Positions 13,002-26,759 of a stretch of DNA of 64,000 nt are shown piece after piece. Numbering within the stretch: the first letter of the stretch is position 1; every line of letters starts with the position of its first letter. The notes beneath the pieces were generated by a model, which made no database searches, was not told where the DNA came from, and saw only the letters and a list, made by a program, of their open reading frames with translations. The position numbers were made by a program, and so were the translations under genes. This DNA comes from the human T2T-CHM13v2.0 reference genome, Homo sapiens. The DNA lies in assembly GCF_009914755.1 (NCBI RefSeq), contig NC_060931.1. The stretch is one strand, 5' to 3'.

Positions 13002-13797
13002 TGTCTTTAGTCTCTTTGGGCTGTGCTAAGGATTGAATGTGTCCCCCAAAAAGCATGCACTAGAAATGTAATCTTCAATGCAGAAGTGTTGGGAGGTGAG
13101 GCCTAATGGGAGATGTTTAGGTCGTGAGGACTCCACCCTCATGAATGGATTAATGCTGTAATTGCAGGAGTCAATTCCTTATAAAAGAACAAGTCTGGTC
13201 CCCTTTTGTGCACTCTTGCTCTCTCTCTCTCTCTCTCCCTCTCCTCTTTCCTCTGTCTTCTCCCTCTCTCTGTGTCCTCTTCTCTTTGTCCTTCTGCCAT
13301 GGGATGTTCAACAAGAAGGCTCTCACAAGATGCCATCCTCTTGATCTTGAGCTTCCCAGCTAGCTTCCAGAACCATAGTCATATATTTCTGTTCATTATA
13401 CATTATCTGCAGTATTCTGTGATAGCAGCGCCAAATAGACTGGGACAGGTTGCTATAGCATACTGCCATAGACTGGGTGGCTTCCAAAACAAACATTGAT
13501 TTCTCACATTTCTAGAGGCTGGCAGTCTGAGATCAGTGTTCCAGCATGGTCAGGTGCTGGTGAGGGCCCTCTTCTGGATTGCAGGCTGCTGACTTACTGT
13601 TGTTTCTTCATATGGCAGAAGGAGAGTTCAGAGAGCTCTCTGGGTCTCTTTTATAAGGGGACTAAACCCATTCACAGGGGCTCCACCCTCATGTCTTAAT
13701 CACTTTCCAAGGCCTCACCTCCTCCTACCATCAAGTTAGGGGTTAGGATTTCAACATGTGAGTTTTGATGGGAGACAAAAACATTTGGTCCATAACA
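13002..13797 (-). mobile_element. MLT1A-type MaLR LTR, interrupted at 13024-13447
   Basis: tgtctttagtc...gggctg | ctatagcatactgccatagactgggtggctt...tttggtccataaca. Confidence 0.85.
13024..13447 (+). mobile_element. MST (MSTC/D-type) LTR nested in MLT1A
   Basis: tgctaaggattgaatgtgtccccc...gactgggaca; TSD ggctg/ggttg. Confidence 0.88.
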
Positions 13798-14085
13798 GTC
13801 AAGAAAAATATAAAACAGTTTACTTCTGTTTCCTTCCAGTGGTGAGATAAGGGATGAGTTAGTGATGAGTGTGCAGAAAACAAGGCAAATGAAGAAACAA
13901 AAGATTGCACTGGAATGTAAATGCAAGTGTTTTACAACATATATGATCAAGAACAATGCAAGCTTGTTACTTAGAAATATGAAGTTGATGCCAAAAATAA
14001 GATGGCTTCTGAGGAGTGGGAAGTGGGGAGGTGGAGTGGAGACTTCCGTTAATGTGTTTCAGGGCTTACAGAAGCACTTGAGTCC

Positions 14086-14340
14086 TTTCTTAAAAATGTG
14101 TAAATTTATGGCGTACAAGGGTAATTTTGTTGCATGCATGGATTACATAGTGGTGAAGTCAGAGCTTCTAAGGTCTCCATCACTCAAACAAAATACATTA
14201 AATAAACTCTCGTCATCCACCCCTACACCCTTCTGAGTCTCCACACTCTATGTCCATGTGGACCCATTGTTTAGCTCGCACTTATAAATGAGAATATGCA
14301 GTATTTGTCTGTCTCGGTCTGACTTGTTTAACTTAAAGTC
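14086..14340 (-). mobile_element. L1MA-type 3' end
   Basis: aatttatggcgtacaag...gcacttataaatgagaatatgcagtatttg. Confidence 0.8.
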
Positions 14341-14526
14341 CTTAGACTATGTATGTCACAACATTCATAAAAACTGATCAACTTAAATACCACATTAAAA
14401 TGATTACAGAAAAACGCAAGCAAAAATATAATAAAGTAATTTTTTCCCCTCCCTCAAAGCCAACTGATAACGAAAAGAAAGAAATGGATGACCAAAAAAA
14501 AAAACAAAAAACAAAAAAACTCTCCA

Positions 14527-14602
14527 TGCAGTGAGCCGAGATCACGCCATTGCACTCCAGCCTGGGCTACAAGAGCAAAACTCCGTCTCAAAAAATAAAA
14601 AA
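14527..14602 (+). mobile_element. Heavily 5'-truncated AluS (Sq/Sp-like) 3' end
   Basis: gcagtgagccgagatcacgccattgcactccagcctggg...ctccgtctcaaaaa; TSD-like aaaaaac(t)ctcca. Confidence 0.88.
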
Positions 14603-14894
14603 CCTCCAATAAAATATGGCAATGCTCATTGCCACAAACCACAAATTAGGAAGGATACGTGACACATGCCAACTACTTTGAAATTTGCATCAGAATGAGA
14701 GAGGAGGCAGTTAATTCATGTTTTCTTAACTTCACTCAAAGTTCAGCAATTCCTTTAGCTCTATTTCAGTTTCTTCATCCTATTGCTTTCTTATGAAATA
14801 TGACTTTATTTTTTTCCTATAAAAGTAGCAGAAATGATTGAAAGTTCTTTGCATTTTTTGGCGGTGTTTGAATTTTTAATAAGGGCCACATGTG

Positions 14895-14992
14895 TCTTTC
14901 TAAAAATTAACCTATTCTCTTTTTAAAAATTAACAAATAAAAACTTGTTCTCTTTTTAAAAATTAACTTATTTGTTCTCTTTTTAAAAAATG
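14895..14992 (+). repeat. Degenerate tandem repeat, core ttctctttttaaaaattaac x3-4
   Basis: Direct reading. Confidence 0.8.
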
Positions 14993-15251
14993 AAGATTTT
15001 TTTCCTCAAAATGAATATACTTTTGAGGTAAGAGGATTTTCACCTAGTATTCTAAAATCACAAAAACAAGTTTATTATTTTTATTTTATTGCAAATATTT
15101 TTCCTACATGGTTATTTTCAGATCAAATAATAGGATTTTGGAAATACCAGCCTGACCATACTGCACAGATTGAGAGGTTAGGTACTAAATTATAGGCTTT
15201 TAGAGGGAGGTAAAGATATTAGAGTCCATCTCCACTCCACTCCCCACAGAT

Positions 15252-15521
15252 AAGGGCCAAGGCCAACCTAGCCATTAGGTGGGGTGGACACAACCCACGT
15301 TTTGAGGGGCCCACACATATATGTTAAAATTTCTTTAGAAATCAGAAGAATACAAATGAACTTCGGGGTCAAAGAAAATATTTTAATATTTAACATTAAT
15401 ACATTTTCTCTTGAGGCCAACATTGTCATGAAATACACATTTTCATAATTTTTTTTTGTGGAAGAAAGGGACCACAAGGGCAAGTGTGCCTGGGGCCCAT
15501 GAAAGTCATAATGTGGCCCTG
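15252..15521 (-). mobile_element. Non-autonomous hAT DNA transposon (MER96B-like)
   Basis: Termini (a)agggcc...ggccctg; the minus strand starts cagggccacattatgactttcatgggcccc. Name from memory. Confidence 0.5.
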
Positions 15522-15934
15522 ATGAGGATTCTGGGACCTAAAAAGATTCCTGTAATTGGTGGTGGCAGAGTCTGGACCAAAGCTCAGGGCCTCTAACTCC
15601 TCCTCTATGGTGCTTTCTGCCATGCTGTTCTCTGGCTTGGGTATTCCACACACTCCATGGTCCAGCCCACACTCCTTATCTGACCTTACCTCTGGCCATC
15701 AGTCATAGTTCATCTTCTGCTCCAGTTAGGTAGGCCCAGCCTCATTTCCTGTAATTCATCACAAACACTCTCCATCTCAGCTCCATGGAGCCTCCCATTG
15801 TTCCTAGTCCACTGCTGTTCATTCCCAGCACTGGCTCTCACTCCTCCCACTCTCCCCATGTGGAGAATCCTTCCCGTTTCCTTCTGCTTGTTCAAGAGGA
15901 TCCTCATCTCTGGAGACTTTGTCTTAACACTGCC

Positions 15935-16259
<325 letters not shown>

Positions 16260-16421
16260 TCTTTCAAGTACCTTTAAAGACTCCTCCAGCCTTGAGTGAT
16301 CTACCCTATGTATAAAAGCATTTGCCATTTAGTAACAAATTATCTTTTCTTATTCATATTTGTCTTATATGTCTTAGTTTTCTTTCCCCAATTATCTTGT
16401 CAGGTCCTTAAGCTCAGAAGC

Positions 16422-16945
16422 GATATTAGTCAAGATTCCCCAGAGAAAAAGAACCAGTAGGATAAGTATAATATAGATAAGAGGGAATTTATTATTGGAA
16501 GTGACTTATGCAATTATGGAGGCCAAGACAGTCTATGATATGCCATCTGTGAGCTGGAGGCCCAGGAAAGCCCATGGTGTAATTCAGTCTGAGTCTGAAG
16601 GCCTGGGAACAGGGAGCCAGTGTGTAACCTCCAGTCCAAGACGAGAGGCCTAAGAACTGAAGGAAGTGGGGTGGGCGGAGTCCCAGGGCATGAGAAGAAG
16701 GATGTCCCAGCTCAAGAAAAAAAAGAGACAACTTACCCTTCCTTCACCTTTTTGTTCCATCTGGCCCCTCAATGGATTGGATGGTGCCCACCCTTATTGG
16801 TGAGGGCAGATCTACTATACTCAGCCTACTGGATTGAATACTAATTTATGGCAACACCCTCACAGACACACCCCAAAATTATGTTTTACCAGTTATCTGG
16901 GCACCCTTAGCCCAGTCAAGATGACACATGATATTAACCATCACA
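16422..16945 (-). mobile_element. MLT2B solo LTR
   Basis: atattagtcaag...attaaccatcaca; perfect TSD GAAGC. Confidence 0.92.
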
Positions 16946-17119
16946 GAAGCCATGTCTCATATACTCACTGAGCATATATATGATCAGCACTCAGTCAACA
17001 CCCAAATGATTGTCAGAAATCTCTCACAACTCCCCCTACAATAATAGGGTCAAGTGCTACCTCTTCTGGGTGTCAGAAATAGGCTTGGCTTTCCTTTCTC
17101 TTTCTTGTATTTGTACCCT

Positions 17120-17255
17120 CTGTGATGAAAGTCACGCTGTCTGATTGCACATTCCTTCTGGGCAAGGGCTGATGTCTTCTCATTATGTATTGTCAGTCTC
17201 CAGCACAGTCTGTGCTACAAAGTAGGTGTTTGGTAAGTATTTGATGAATGAGCAT
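17120..17255 (+). mobile_element. L2 3' end
   Basis: ccagcacagt...aagtaggtgtttggtaagtatttgatgaatga. Confidence 0.65.
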
Positions 17256-18504
17256 TTTCTAGAACCAACTTTTAAATTGAATTTCTTGGTCCTGGAGATG
17301 TTTATTTTTCATGTGAGTTTTCCATCTCTGAAAAAAATAGGAAAAGAAAAGACAAGGAAATGAGAAAGCAACTTGAAAACAGGAAAATATTGGTGAAAGT
17401 TATTTTCACAGAAGTCTTAGTTGACCTTTCTCTGTAGCATTAAATTCCTTCCCTGTAGTATTAAATTCACAACCTAAGCTATAGCTAGCTTTCCAAACTA
17501 GACAAGCATCCCACTTAAGCACAATTGATCTCATTTCAGTTTGTGTCTTTGGGCAATGAAATACCGCAAAGACTTTTTCTACCTATGCTTTGATGCTTTT
17601 TAAAAAGTATTTTCTAAATATTTTTAAAATGTTTGAAATACACAATGATAGGATAACTCCAAAGCTGTCATATTTGTCAAATAATTCAAGTCAGAATTTA
17701 ATATATCCTATAACTGAGACTCTTTTATAAAATTGAGACAGGCACCTGAAGACCATTTTTATTTCTGTATTTTCTTGGTGTCCCAAGCAACCCCCTTTAG
17801 AGAAATCACTAATATTTCCTGAGCAATTGAACCACAATAAAGACCGTGGAAAGAAAAAAAATGGGTCTGCTCAGACATTCAGAGCACGCATCCTTACAAA
17901 TGCATTCTACTGACCTGCAAAATGTTAGTGGGAATTTATAAATGCCTACAAAAAGAATATCCAAGTCAACATTTGACCTGTCAAATCTAATCAGTTTGGT
18001 TTTGATCATTGTACCGGGTTGCTATTCGCAAACACTAATTGAAAGCAAAAACACAAACAGCATTTTTAAAGAGTTTCTAGGAGAATATCCCATTTGCACA
18101 CACGTCAGATTAATTTTCCCCAGAGTTGAGCAATTTCAGGATCAATTGATTACTGATCCCAAGGAACAATCAAAAAAGAAATTCCCTGAAAAATTTTTTT
18201 GACTGTCAAGACTCAGCATGGGAAACTATGCCATGAAAATGCAGTTTGAATAGCTTGTCTTTTAATCCCAAGTGAAATAAATCAATCATCTATTAGACTT
18301 TTCTAGTTCCTTGTGTAGTCAGGGATAGAAGAGTTCGCTGCAGCAGGATTCGGAGGAACTGGGGGGATCTGGGTCCAGGAACTCGTCTGATCACTAGAAT
18401 GGGGCAGGGAGTGAGCAGAGGAGTTTGCAGCACACAGTAGAGGAAGCTGGTAGGCACAGAATAGTAACTGGCAGGCTTACAGCTGGGACCAGAGGGGTCC
18501 AGCA

Positions 18505-18725
18505 ATGATAACAGCTCCCGGCACTTTCTAAGTGTATTAATTAACTCATTTATTCACACAAGAATCCAATAAGGGAGATAGTTTTAATAGACCCATTTTA
18601 CTAACATGAAAACTGAGGCATTGATAAATTAAGTAGCTTGCTCAAAGTGACCCATCTCTTTGGCAGAGCAAGGATTTGAACATAGACAATTTTGCTCTAA
18701 CACCTGTGCCCTTAACCACTGACTT
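18505..18725 (-). mobile_element. MIR SINE
   Basis: cccatttta...gaaaactgaggca...ttaagtagcttgctcaaag...ggatttgaac...cttaaccact. Confidence 0.8.
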
Positions 18726-20879
18726 GTAACTGTTCCAGGGAGAAGATGAGCCTCTTTTGGGCAGCAGGGCAGTGGACAGCCACTGAAAATGTGAGAGCTG
18801 GCAATATTCAAAGAGGCACATTGAGATCCTTCCAGGAAAGTCTAACTGCTTGCACCAGGGTCCAGGCTCAAGGGAGGGATTCAGGGAGCAGCCCCTAGAA
18901 GTAAGTGCTTTCACTTGCTAGGCAGTGCTTCCCTGACTCTTAGGCTGCAAATTTCTAAAAGGAAAAAAAACAATGTTAAACACGAGTGCCAGTTTATATA
19001 CCTTTATATATTCAGTTATACATTTTGTAAATATATTACAGAATTAATGTACATCATAAAATACACACAAAGGGAAAAAAATCATTCCTTTACATCAACA
19101 ACCTACTATAAATTTACTTCAAATAGCATTCATCAGTACTAGCACTAGAAATGTGTGTCCCTGACGAAAAATATGTTTTTACATAATTTAGATCTTTTAT
19201 TTTGAAATTTATCAGAAATTTCTTGATTAGAACCCAGTTTTCCTAGAATTATTCCCTACTTGTTAGATTATTTATCCACATATAGATGATTCCGTGAAAA
19301 AATGCAAAGCAAGACCCTTGATATATTGTGTAATCCTGAAACTATATATTAAAAACAAAATAGTCTTTTAGAAAGCCTGCAGCAGTACCCCAAAATAAAG
19401 GTCACCCAAGAAGAAAAATTCTCCCTAGAATAATGCCTTTAAATCCCGGAAACGAAAGCTCAAGTGTTTACCCGTTCTTTTTAACATTTTCAGAGCAATA
19501 CAACAGAGTCAATGTATGAAATAAGGCATTGGAGTTCAGTGTAAGCTACCACCAATGACAGAACATGTCCATTCAGGGCAAAGATTTATTTTTCTGATTA
19601 TACCAATGACCCACACATACACAAAGAAAAATTAAATTGAATTAAAAGAAAGCATTTCAGCAATCTTGACAGGCTTGAGCCCTCTGACAGCTCCTAGAAT
19701 TCTATCAGCCGATCATCATCGTGTTGCTAAAGCCAGCTGCCTCTTGAAACCAAATTTAATGGAAAGAGGAGGAGCTCAACAAAGCAGCTTAAACATCTCA
19801 CCTTCAAAGCTCATTGAAAACTAGGCTTCCTATCAGTCATGTGTCAAAGGTTCCCCTCATCCTACACCATACAGATTAGTTCTTCAAGTTCCATTTGTGT
19901 GGTCATCCTTTGAGTTTCCTTGAAGCTCTAAAAAGGCTAAAAGGTTATTTCCATCTGGAGCCACTGGAGCCTTAATCCATGTATCTTTTCCCTGCGCGAA
20001 TCTCAACATGGCGGAACTGGAAAGTGAGACTCCCAACTTCCATGTGAAGGGAACGATGTCAGGCAGGCTGAGAAGCCTGAGGGTGGCTGGTTCCAAAGGG
20101 ACTGACCCAAGCCTGTAGCGAGCAAGGAGGCTGCCTGCTACCCAGAGCCACCACCCCCCATGGCAGCAGATCACAGCCCCTGTTCTTTCTCTTTTGAAGC
20201 TTCAGGTTAGGGATGGGCAATTCATAGCAATTTGTCTTTGAGGTGATAGGTTTGGCAAAGGGGCATGATCCAAGAAGTAAGAAATGTGTGAGAAGTTTCA
20301 TAAAGGTTGATGGCGATTGTGACCATGTGACCTGTGCAATCTTTAACTCATCGAGTATCTAATGTAGATTCTTAACTGCCTTGAGTGCTTTTAAGGGACT
20401 CCTTCTGTGGGGGCTTCATGGGGATTTTTCCTAATGGTTAAGCTATGTAAATGTCTTCCACAGCTCCTGTAAAATCTCCCATGCTGAAATAACTACATCC
20501 CTGCTCTACAGCTATGAGGATTGTGACCGTATGTGTCCCAGCAAGTGGTAGCCACCATCATAAGCTTTGGAGGACACTGTGTTCTTCTAGATACTCCCTG
20601 GGCCATCTTTTCAGATGTGCCCTTTCAGAAGTGGTCGCCCTTTCAGATATGTCCTTGTCTTAGCAGTTGGTTAAAGCTTCATAGGATATTTGTATTCAAG
20701 GTGCTAGTTCAAAAACATGACCTTGAATTCATAGCTGCGAAGCTCAACTGAGAGAAAACATATTTAGGAGGATGGAATCCACGCATTGCCGTAGAAAACT
20801 CCTTCTCACCCTGGTGGATACAACTTTTGAAAAATATTGATACCTGGGCCCCATCTAGAAATTAGTCTCATGTGGGTGC

Positions 20880-21115
20880 TCAGAGAACATAGGGAGGTCA
20901 TTGGGGATGGAGTAGAATGAGCAAAGAAGAGAAGAAAATAGGGTGAGAGAAACAATGGGGTGTGGAATGGGGAGAAGAGGTGCAGATTAGGGAGGGCATG
21001 GCAGGCCATGGTAAGGGCTTGGCTTTTGCCCAGAGGGAGGTGGAGTTCATAGAGGGTTTTGAGCAAAGGAGTAACATGATATGACATATATTATAAAATG
21101 ATCACTCTGGCTAAA
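20880..21115 (-). mobile_element. L2 fragment
   Basis: caggccatggtaagg...agggttttgagcaaaggagtaacatgat...gatcactctggct. Confidence 0.75.
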
Positions 21116-21685
21116 TTAATTCCTTTTGCCATTGCATCCTTAAAATAAACCTAAAAATGCAGAAAAACTGAAAACAGGAAATGATTTTCCAAGCTGCTAC
21201 TCAAATGTCTAATAACAAGAAGTGACTAGAATCCTAAATCCCAGAATGGTCCACGTATTATCTCCCCAGATTCCTGATAGAGATATGTAGAAGGCACATT
21301 TCAAGCAGGCTTATATTGTTTTATTCTAAGAGGGCTGAACTGGGAATGTGAGGTTTCAAGTCCTTCTTTGCTTAGGTGTATCCAGAGGTAATACCCAGAA
21401 ACTCAAATTTAGTGGTTTGAGATAGACTGTAGACATCCTGTTGTTAAAATGATTCCAATGCCCATGTCGAAAACACGTCTCCAAAGGCTGGAAAAATCAA
21501 CTGACATTGACAAATGCTTTTAGTTTTCCTTTCTTGGACTCTATATAGCTGTACTGTCTATACAGTAACCACAAGCTACATGTGGAGGTTGGGCACTTGA
21601 AACGGGGCTAGTTCAAATTGAGATTGTGCTATAAGCATAAAACACTCAGTAGATTTTAAAGACTTAGCATGAAACAATAGGTTTA

Positions 21686-22190
21686 TGTGTTAGTCAAGGT
21701 TCTCCAAAGAAATTGAACCAGTAGGATAGAGAGAGATACATAAGAGGGGGTTTCTTAATGGAAATTGGCTCATGTTATTATAGAGGCCAAGAAGTCCCAT
21801 CATATCCCATCTGCAAGCTGGAGAACCAGGAAAGCCACTGGTATAATTCAGTCTGAGCCCAAAGGCTTCAGAACCAGGGGGACAACTGGTGTGAGTCCTG
21901 GAGTCCAAAGGCTGGAGAGCTAGAAGCACCAACATCTGAGGGCAGAAGAAGACGGATGTCCCAGCACAAGAGAGGGTGAATTCCCCTTCTTCTGCCTTTT
22001 TATTCTTTCCAGGTGCTCAATGGATTGGGTGATGCCCACTGACAATTATGATCCTCTCTATTCAGTCGACTGACTGAGATGCTAATCTCCTCCAGGAATG
22101 CCCTCATAGACACACTCAGAAATCATGTTTTATCAGCCATGTGGGCATCTCTCAGGCCAGCCACATTGACACACGAAATTAACCATCACA
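21686..22190 (-). mobile_element. MLT2B solo LTR
   Basis: tgtgttagtcaaggttctcc...aaattaaccatcaca. Confidence 0.92.
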
Positions 22191-22347
22191 ATGTAAAATG
22201 TCTCAATAATTTTTACATAGATTACATGTTGATAAAATATTAGATATACTAAATTAAATACAACATATTATTAAAATTCATTTCACTTTTTTACTTTTTA
22301 AATGTGGCTACAAAAGAATTAAAATTACAAATGTGGGTCCCATTACA

Positions 22348-22522
22348 CTTCTTTTCTTTCTTTCTCTCTCTTTTTTTTTTTTTAAAGACCTCTGTCTCCC
22401 AGGCTAGAGTGCAGTGGCACAATCATGGCTCACTGGAGCTTCGAACTCCTGGGCTCAAGCAATCCTCCCTTCCTAGCCTCCTGAGTAGCAGGGATTACAG
22501 GCATGCACCACCAGGCCTGGCT
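22348..22522 (-). mobile_element. FRAM/FAM Alu monomer
   Basis: Single right-type monomer; TSD-like tcccattacactt/tcacattatattt. Confidence 0.8.
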
Positions 22523-22719
22523 TTCACATTATATTTCTACTGGACAGGACTGATGTAGAGCTTTTCAAAGACTCCTCTTACATAGGAATCATAGCCCTCT
22601 ATGATAACCTTCAAAATACACCTACGATGCTACCATTCTCCGCAGTAATTTTTTTAAAGAAAAATGCTAAATTGCTTTTTTAGATCTTTCTTGTAGGCAA
22701 GATATAAATAGAAGGCTTT

Positions 22720-22890
22720 GAAAGGCAATACAACATAGTAGTTAATAGTAAGAACTTGGTAGATGTGTGACTGCAGGCAGGTTGTTTACCTTCTCTGAAT
22801 CTCCATTCCCTCGCCTGTAGAATTTGAATAATATGTACCCCATGGTGTTGTGAGACTAAATAACATAGTCCTTAATGCTCCATAAATGGT
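22720..22890 (+). mobile_element. MIR SINE
   Basis: gtgtgact...ttctctgaatctc...tgttgtgagactaaataa. Confidence 0.65.
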
Positions 22891-25409
22891 AGAGCCTTTG
22901 TAATTGGTGCTGAAATTTAAAGACAATGTGGAGTTATCTTGGATTCAGGTGATGAGATTCAACATAAGAAGCAATGCCTCAAGTCCTTGCACCAACAGAG
23001 GTGCAGAAATTCATCATCTCCCTAATGAATCTTGAGTTTTCTTTATACTTCTGTCATTTGATTAGAAACAAACTCTCAGCATGTCAGATTTATATTCAAA
23101 TCTCAGAATAAAAATAATTACAGAAGCAAAATGTCATTTGGAAAGGGTGTGTTTGGTGGTCAGAATTGTGGTTGCCACGTGCCTTCGCTAAATATCATGA
23201 CTAAAAGGGAAAGACATGCAGATCTTTGCTAGGAAGGCAAGAGAAAGAAGAGGTGAATAAAAGGCTTGAAGCTCTTGCTACTCTAATCAAATTGTTTTAT
23301 TTGTGAGAGTTCGCTTTAGCTTGCTCTTTATGTTTGAACCTAAGTCTTTTCACCTGTGACCTCATCACCATTTTTCTAATATTGCTCAGCTCATTAGCCT
23401 TGAAATTTATAATTTAGTTTTTACACCATTTTATCCTATTTCTTCCCATTGCCAAGCACAAACATTTACTTTGTAAAAAAACGTGACTGAATTTATTAAA
23501 CCAGTTTGTCTTCAAAAGTTTCCCTTTTTTATAGACATGGGAAGACTCAAATAGTTGGTTTCCCTAATTCTCAGGAGACAAACCAGTGAAGCTGAAGCCA
23601 GTTTTGTATGCAACTAAACTTTGTGCCCCGTCCTTTGGGTCTCCAATTAGAATAAAATCAGGGATGGGCAGGCAGCGTGCATTTTAAATCACCATCCATG
23701 GTCACTATTATTTCCAAACTCAAAGGCACCATTAGAACAGGGAAACATTTGCAGGCATTTCATTACACCTTGAACTATTAAAAAAAATAAGACATTAGAA
23801 AGAAGTGATTACTTTAAAACTTTCACACACTATGGAACAAAAGAAATGGCAATACACAGGGAGATATTATAGTAAACAAATTGACGCACACGGTTGTTGT
23901 TAGTGAAGGACAGTATTACAAGCAGATGAGGCAAATGAATGAGTTGGGAAGAGAGTCAATCTCACTTCCTGAAGCAGGGGCCCTTGAGAAGCCTGTGCCT
24001 TTTAGGCTGTTTCTTTGTAGGATTGGCCTGGGTGCTGAAAATAGCATAGAGCCTTTTGCAGAATCCTTTATTTCAAGGAGTTGCGGTATTTCACATGTGG
24101 CACGGCCCCTCCCTTCAATGGCCTCTCTCCTGCCACTGGAAGGTGTTTTTACAGTTCCCCTTGTGACAAAGGACAGGTCAGAGAGCAAACCTGTGAGCAA
24201 ATCAGGCTTGGCACGCACATCACTAAGCAACAGATGCTTTCTGGAAAACCATTTGGGAGTGTTTCAGATAGTAGTATGTGTGTGTATATACAAACATATA
24301 CATAATTTCTGGGGAAAAAATACATACATACATGTGTACATCCATACTTTCTGAAAATCACACACACGCATTTTCCAGAAACTCATTTGAGGTTGATTTT
24401 ATGTGTACGGAGACAGAGAAAGCCATCCATCCATATAGAAAGCCTTTTGCAAGTATTTTTAATTTATTTCATAGAAGCCTGAATTTATTTCACACAACAA
24501 TGAATAAATCCATTCTTTTGCCACAGACGTGGTGCAAAAAGAGGGGTGTGCTTGAAGCATCTACAAAGGGGAAAAAGCTGCTGATACAGGGAAAAAATAT
24601 TAAAGTAAAATTTTAGTTGTCAGCTTTGTAATTGAAGCTGTCTCCTCACTTGAAAATATTGTTTCCACTGAAGTAGAAGACAAAGGGGGATCTGGCAAAT
24701 GCCCCCACGATGTTCATTTCCCCAGATAAATTACACACATCGTGTGTGCATGAAGATGACCAGAGGCTCTCACTGTGCTGGGGATACAGTCCAATCATTC
24801 ATTCAAGGCTCTGTGTAGTCATACAACAAACGCGTGGCCTAAATCCATTCTTTTTCTTCTTTTTCCTTTCTCTTCTCATTTTTTCTTTTTTCCTCCTTCT
24901 TCTGCCAAAAGACAGATAAAGTATAATAACTTTGATGACAACCTCATTTTCAGGATCTCTCGATAAATCATAATCCTTCAGTTGTATTTTCCAAAACCTG
25001 CAGTTAGCCAATTACTTCTTGGTTTCCTTGAGGTGAATCTTTGCTTTTTAATTATATTTTATCTTCTTCAAAGAAACCACTATTGAAAAATTATAGCTAA
25101 TGGTAGAAATACATCACTAAGATGTCTTGGATTTTCTTTTGGGGAGGAGAGGTGGGGGAATAAAATGAAAAAAATATGTATATGGCCAAATTGGTCTGTG
25201 ATACCATTAATTCATGTTCATTAATTCAAACAGTGTACATTGCATACCTACTATGTGCTAGGAGTTGGGTTGTACTCCAGAAATAAAAAGTCAAATAAAA
25301 CGTGTTTCCCTCAAGGAAACTATGTTCTCCAGCATCTGCACATGTAAACTACCAATTCCAGTTTAGTATGACAAACTCTTTGGAAGTATTATATTTTGAA
25401 TGTATTTCA

Positions 25410-25740
<331 letters not shown>

Positions 25741-26759
25741 TTTCTAAGTCTGGTTTTCATAGAAACAAGTGCAAAACAAGCCAGAGGGGTCATTGCCAAA
25801 CTAGAAAGAAGCCCAGGGCCAGAATATGCAGGATTAGTGGAGAAGCCCAGTGCTCTTGGGCCTGACCACCTCTTGGACTCGGTATAGCATCATAAACAGC
25901 ATTCAGTAAACATCTTTTTTGAAGAGGCATAGTAAAGAACTACCTGCTAAGAGTCCAGAAACCCTGTGAGGCCTCAGATAACTTTAGTAGGAAATAACCA
26001 AGCTCTTGAGTTGCTTGAAGTAGAATCCCATTAGCTTCTAATGCTTCCTGTATTTGCGCCCCATTCAAGGAAGCAACTCTAGAGAATTTCTTTGAATCCT
26101 GTTACTTCCATTTGATGAGTGAGACTCAGCTGTGATAGTCTATCTGCTTTAAGACTGCCGATACGATGTGGCATGTTCTCTAAAGAAGGCAGAAGGCTTG
26201 AGGACGGTTTGTGTTGATTGAAGAACATTTCAGTGATGAGTTGGAATATTTAGACAAATTTCAAGGCTTAATTAATATATGAAATAAAGTAGTTGCAGAG
26301 ATAACGAGGAAAACCAAAGTTATAATCTATAGTTCATTTACCTTCCTTGGTCAGGGCAAATATTACAAAAGATATGTACTGCTTTTACAATAATCAGCAA
26401 ATGGGAATGACTTTGAATTTCAGAACACATATGGGAATGTCATCAACTTCGACTTTGAAATGTGGCTTTTTAAAATTAAAATATAAATCATTCTATTGTT
26501 AACAAAAGTTTATCAAAAGTAATAGGGCATTTGTAGATTTTTGGTTTTTCTTTTCTATTAAGATCTTTACTGGTAGAGAAAAATAAAATTTTATTAATTC
26601 AAAGATTCCATTGTGTTTTTATGTTTGTGAGTAATAATCAGTGGTTCCTGGTATCTCATTTCGTTTTTAATTCCCAAAGCAGGAGCTAATAAGCAAATCG
26701 CTTTGTGGGTTTCTGTGAAAACAGCTAGAGTTTGCACAATCGTCGCCTAGACAGAGGGA

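Larger units (their letters stand above)
11170..14060 (+). mobile_element. Old L1 5'/ORF1 relic fragmented by several LTR insertions
   Basis: L1M-like pieces at about 11170-11390, 11725-11910, 12850-13000 and 13800-14060 (e.g. agcaaccagtacagactgaacaagg). Confidence 0.45.
21546..22551. mobile_element. MER33-like (hAT-Charlie) DNA transposon, interrupted by MLT2 and an Alu monomer
   Basis: gtactgtcta...agctacatgtgg...gcacttgaaa / ttaaatgtggcta...atttctactggacag. Confidence 0.75.

Noticed and set aside
20145-20170. CTCF-like G-rich motif
   Set aside because: Several core mismatches.
23881-24354. 157-aa ORF
   Set aside because: TTG start, runs into TA/CA low complexity, no recognisable domain.
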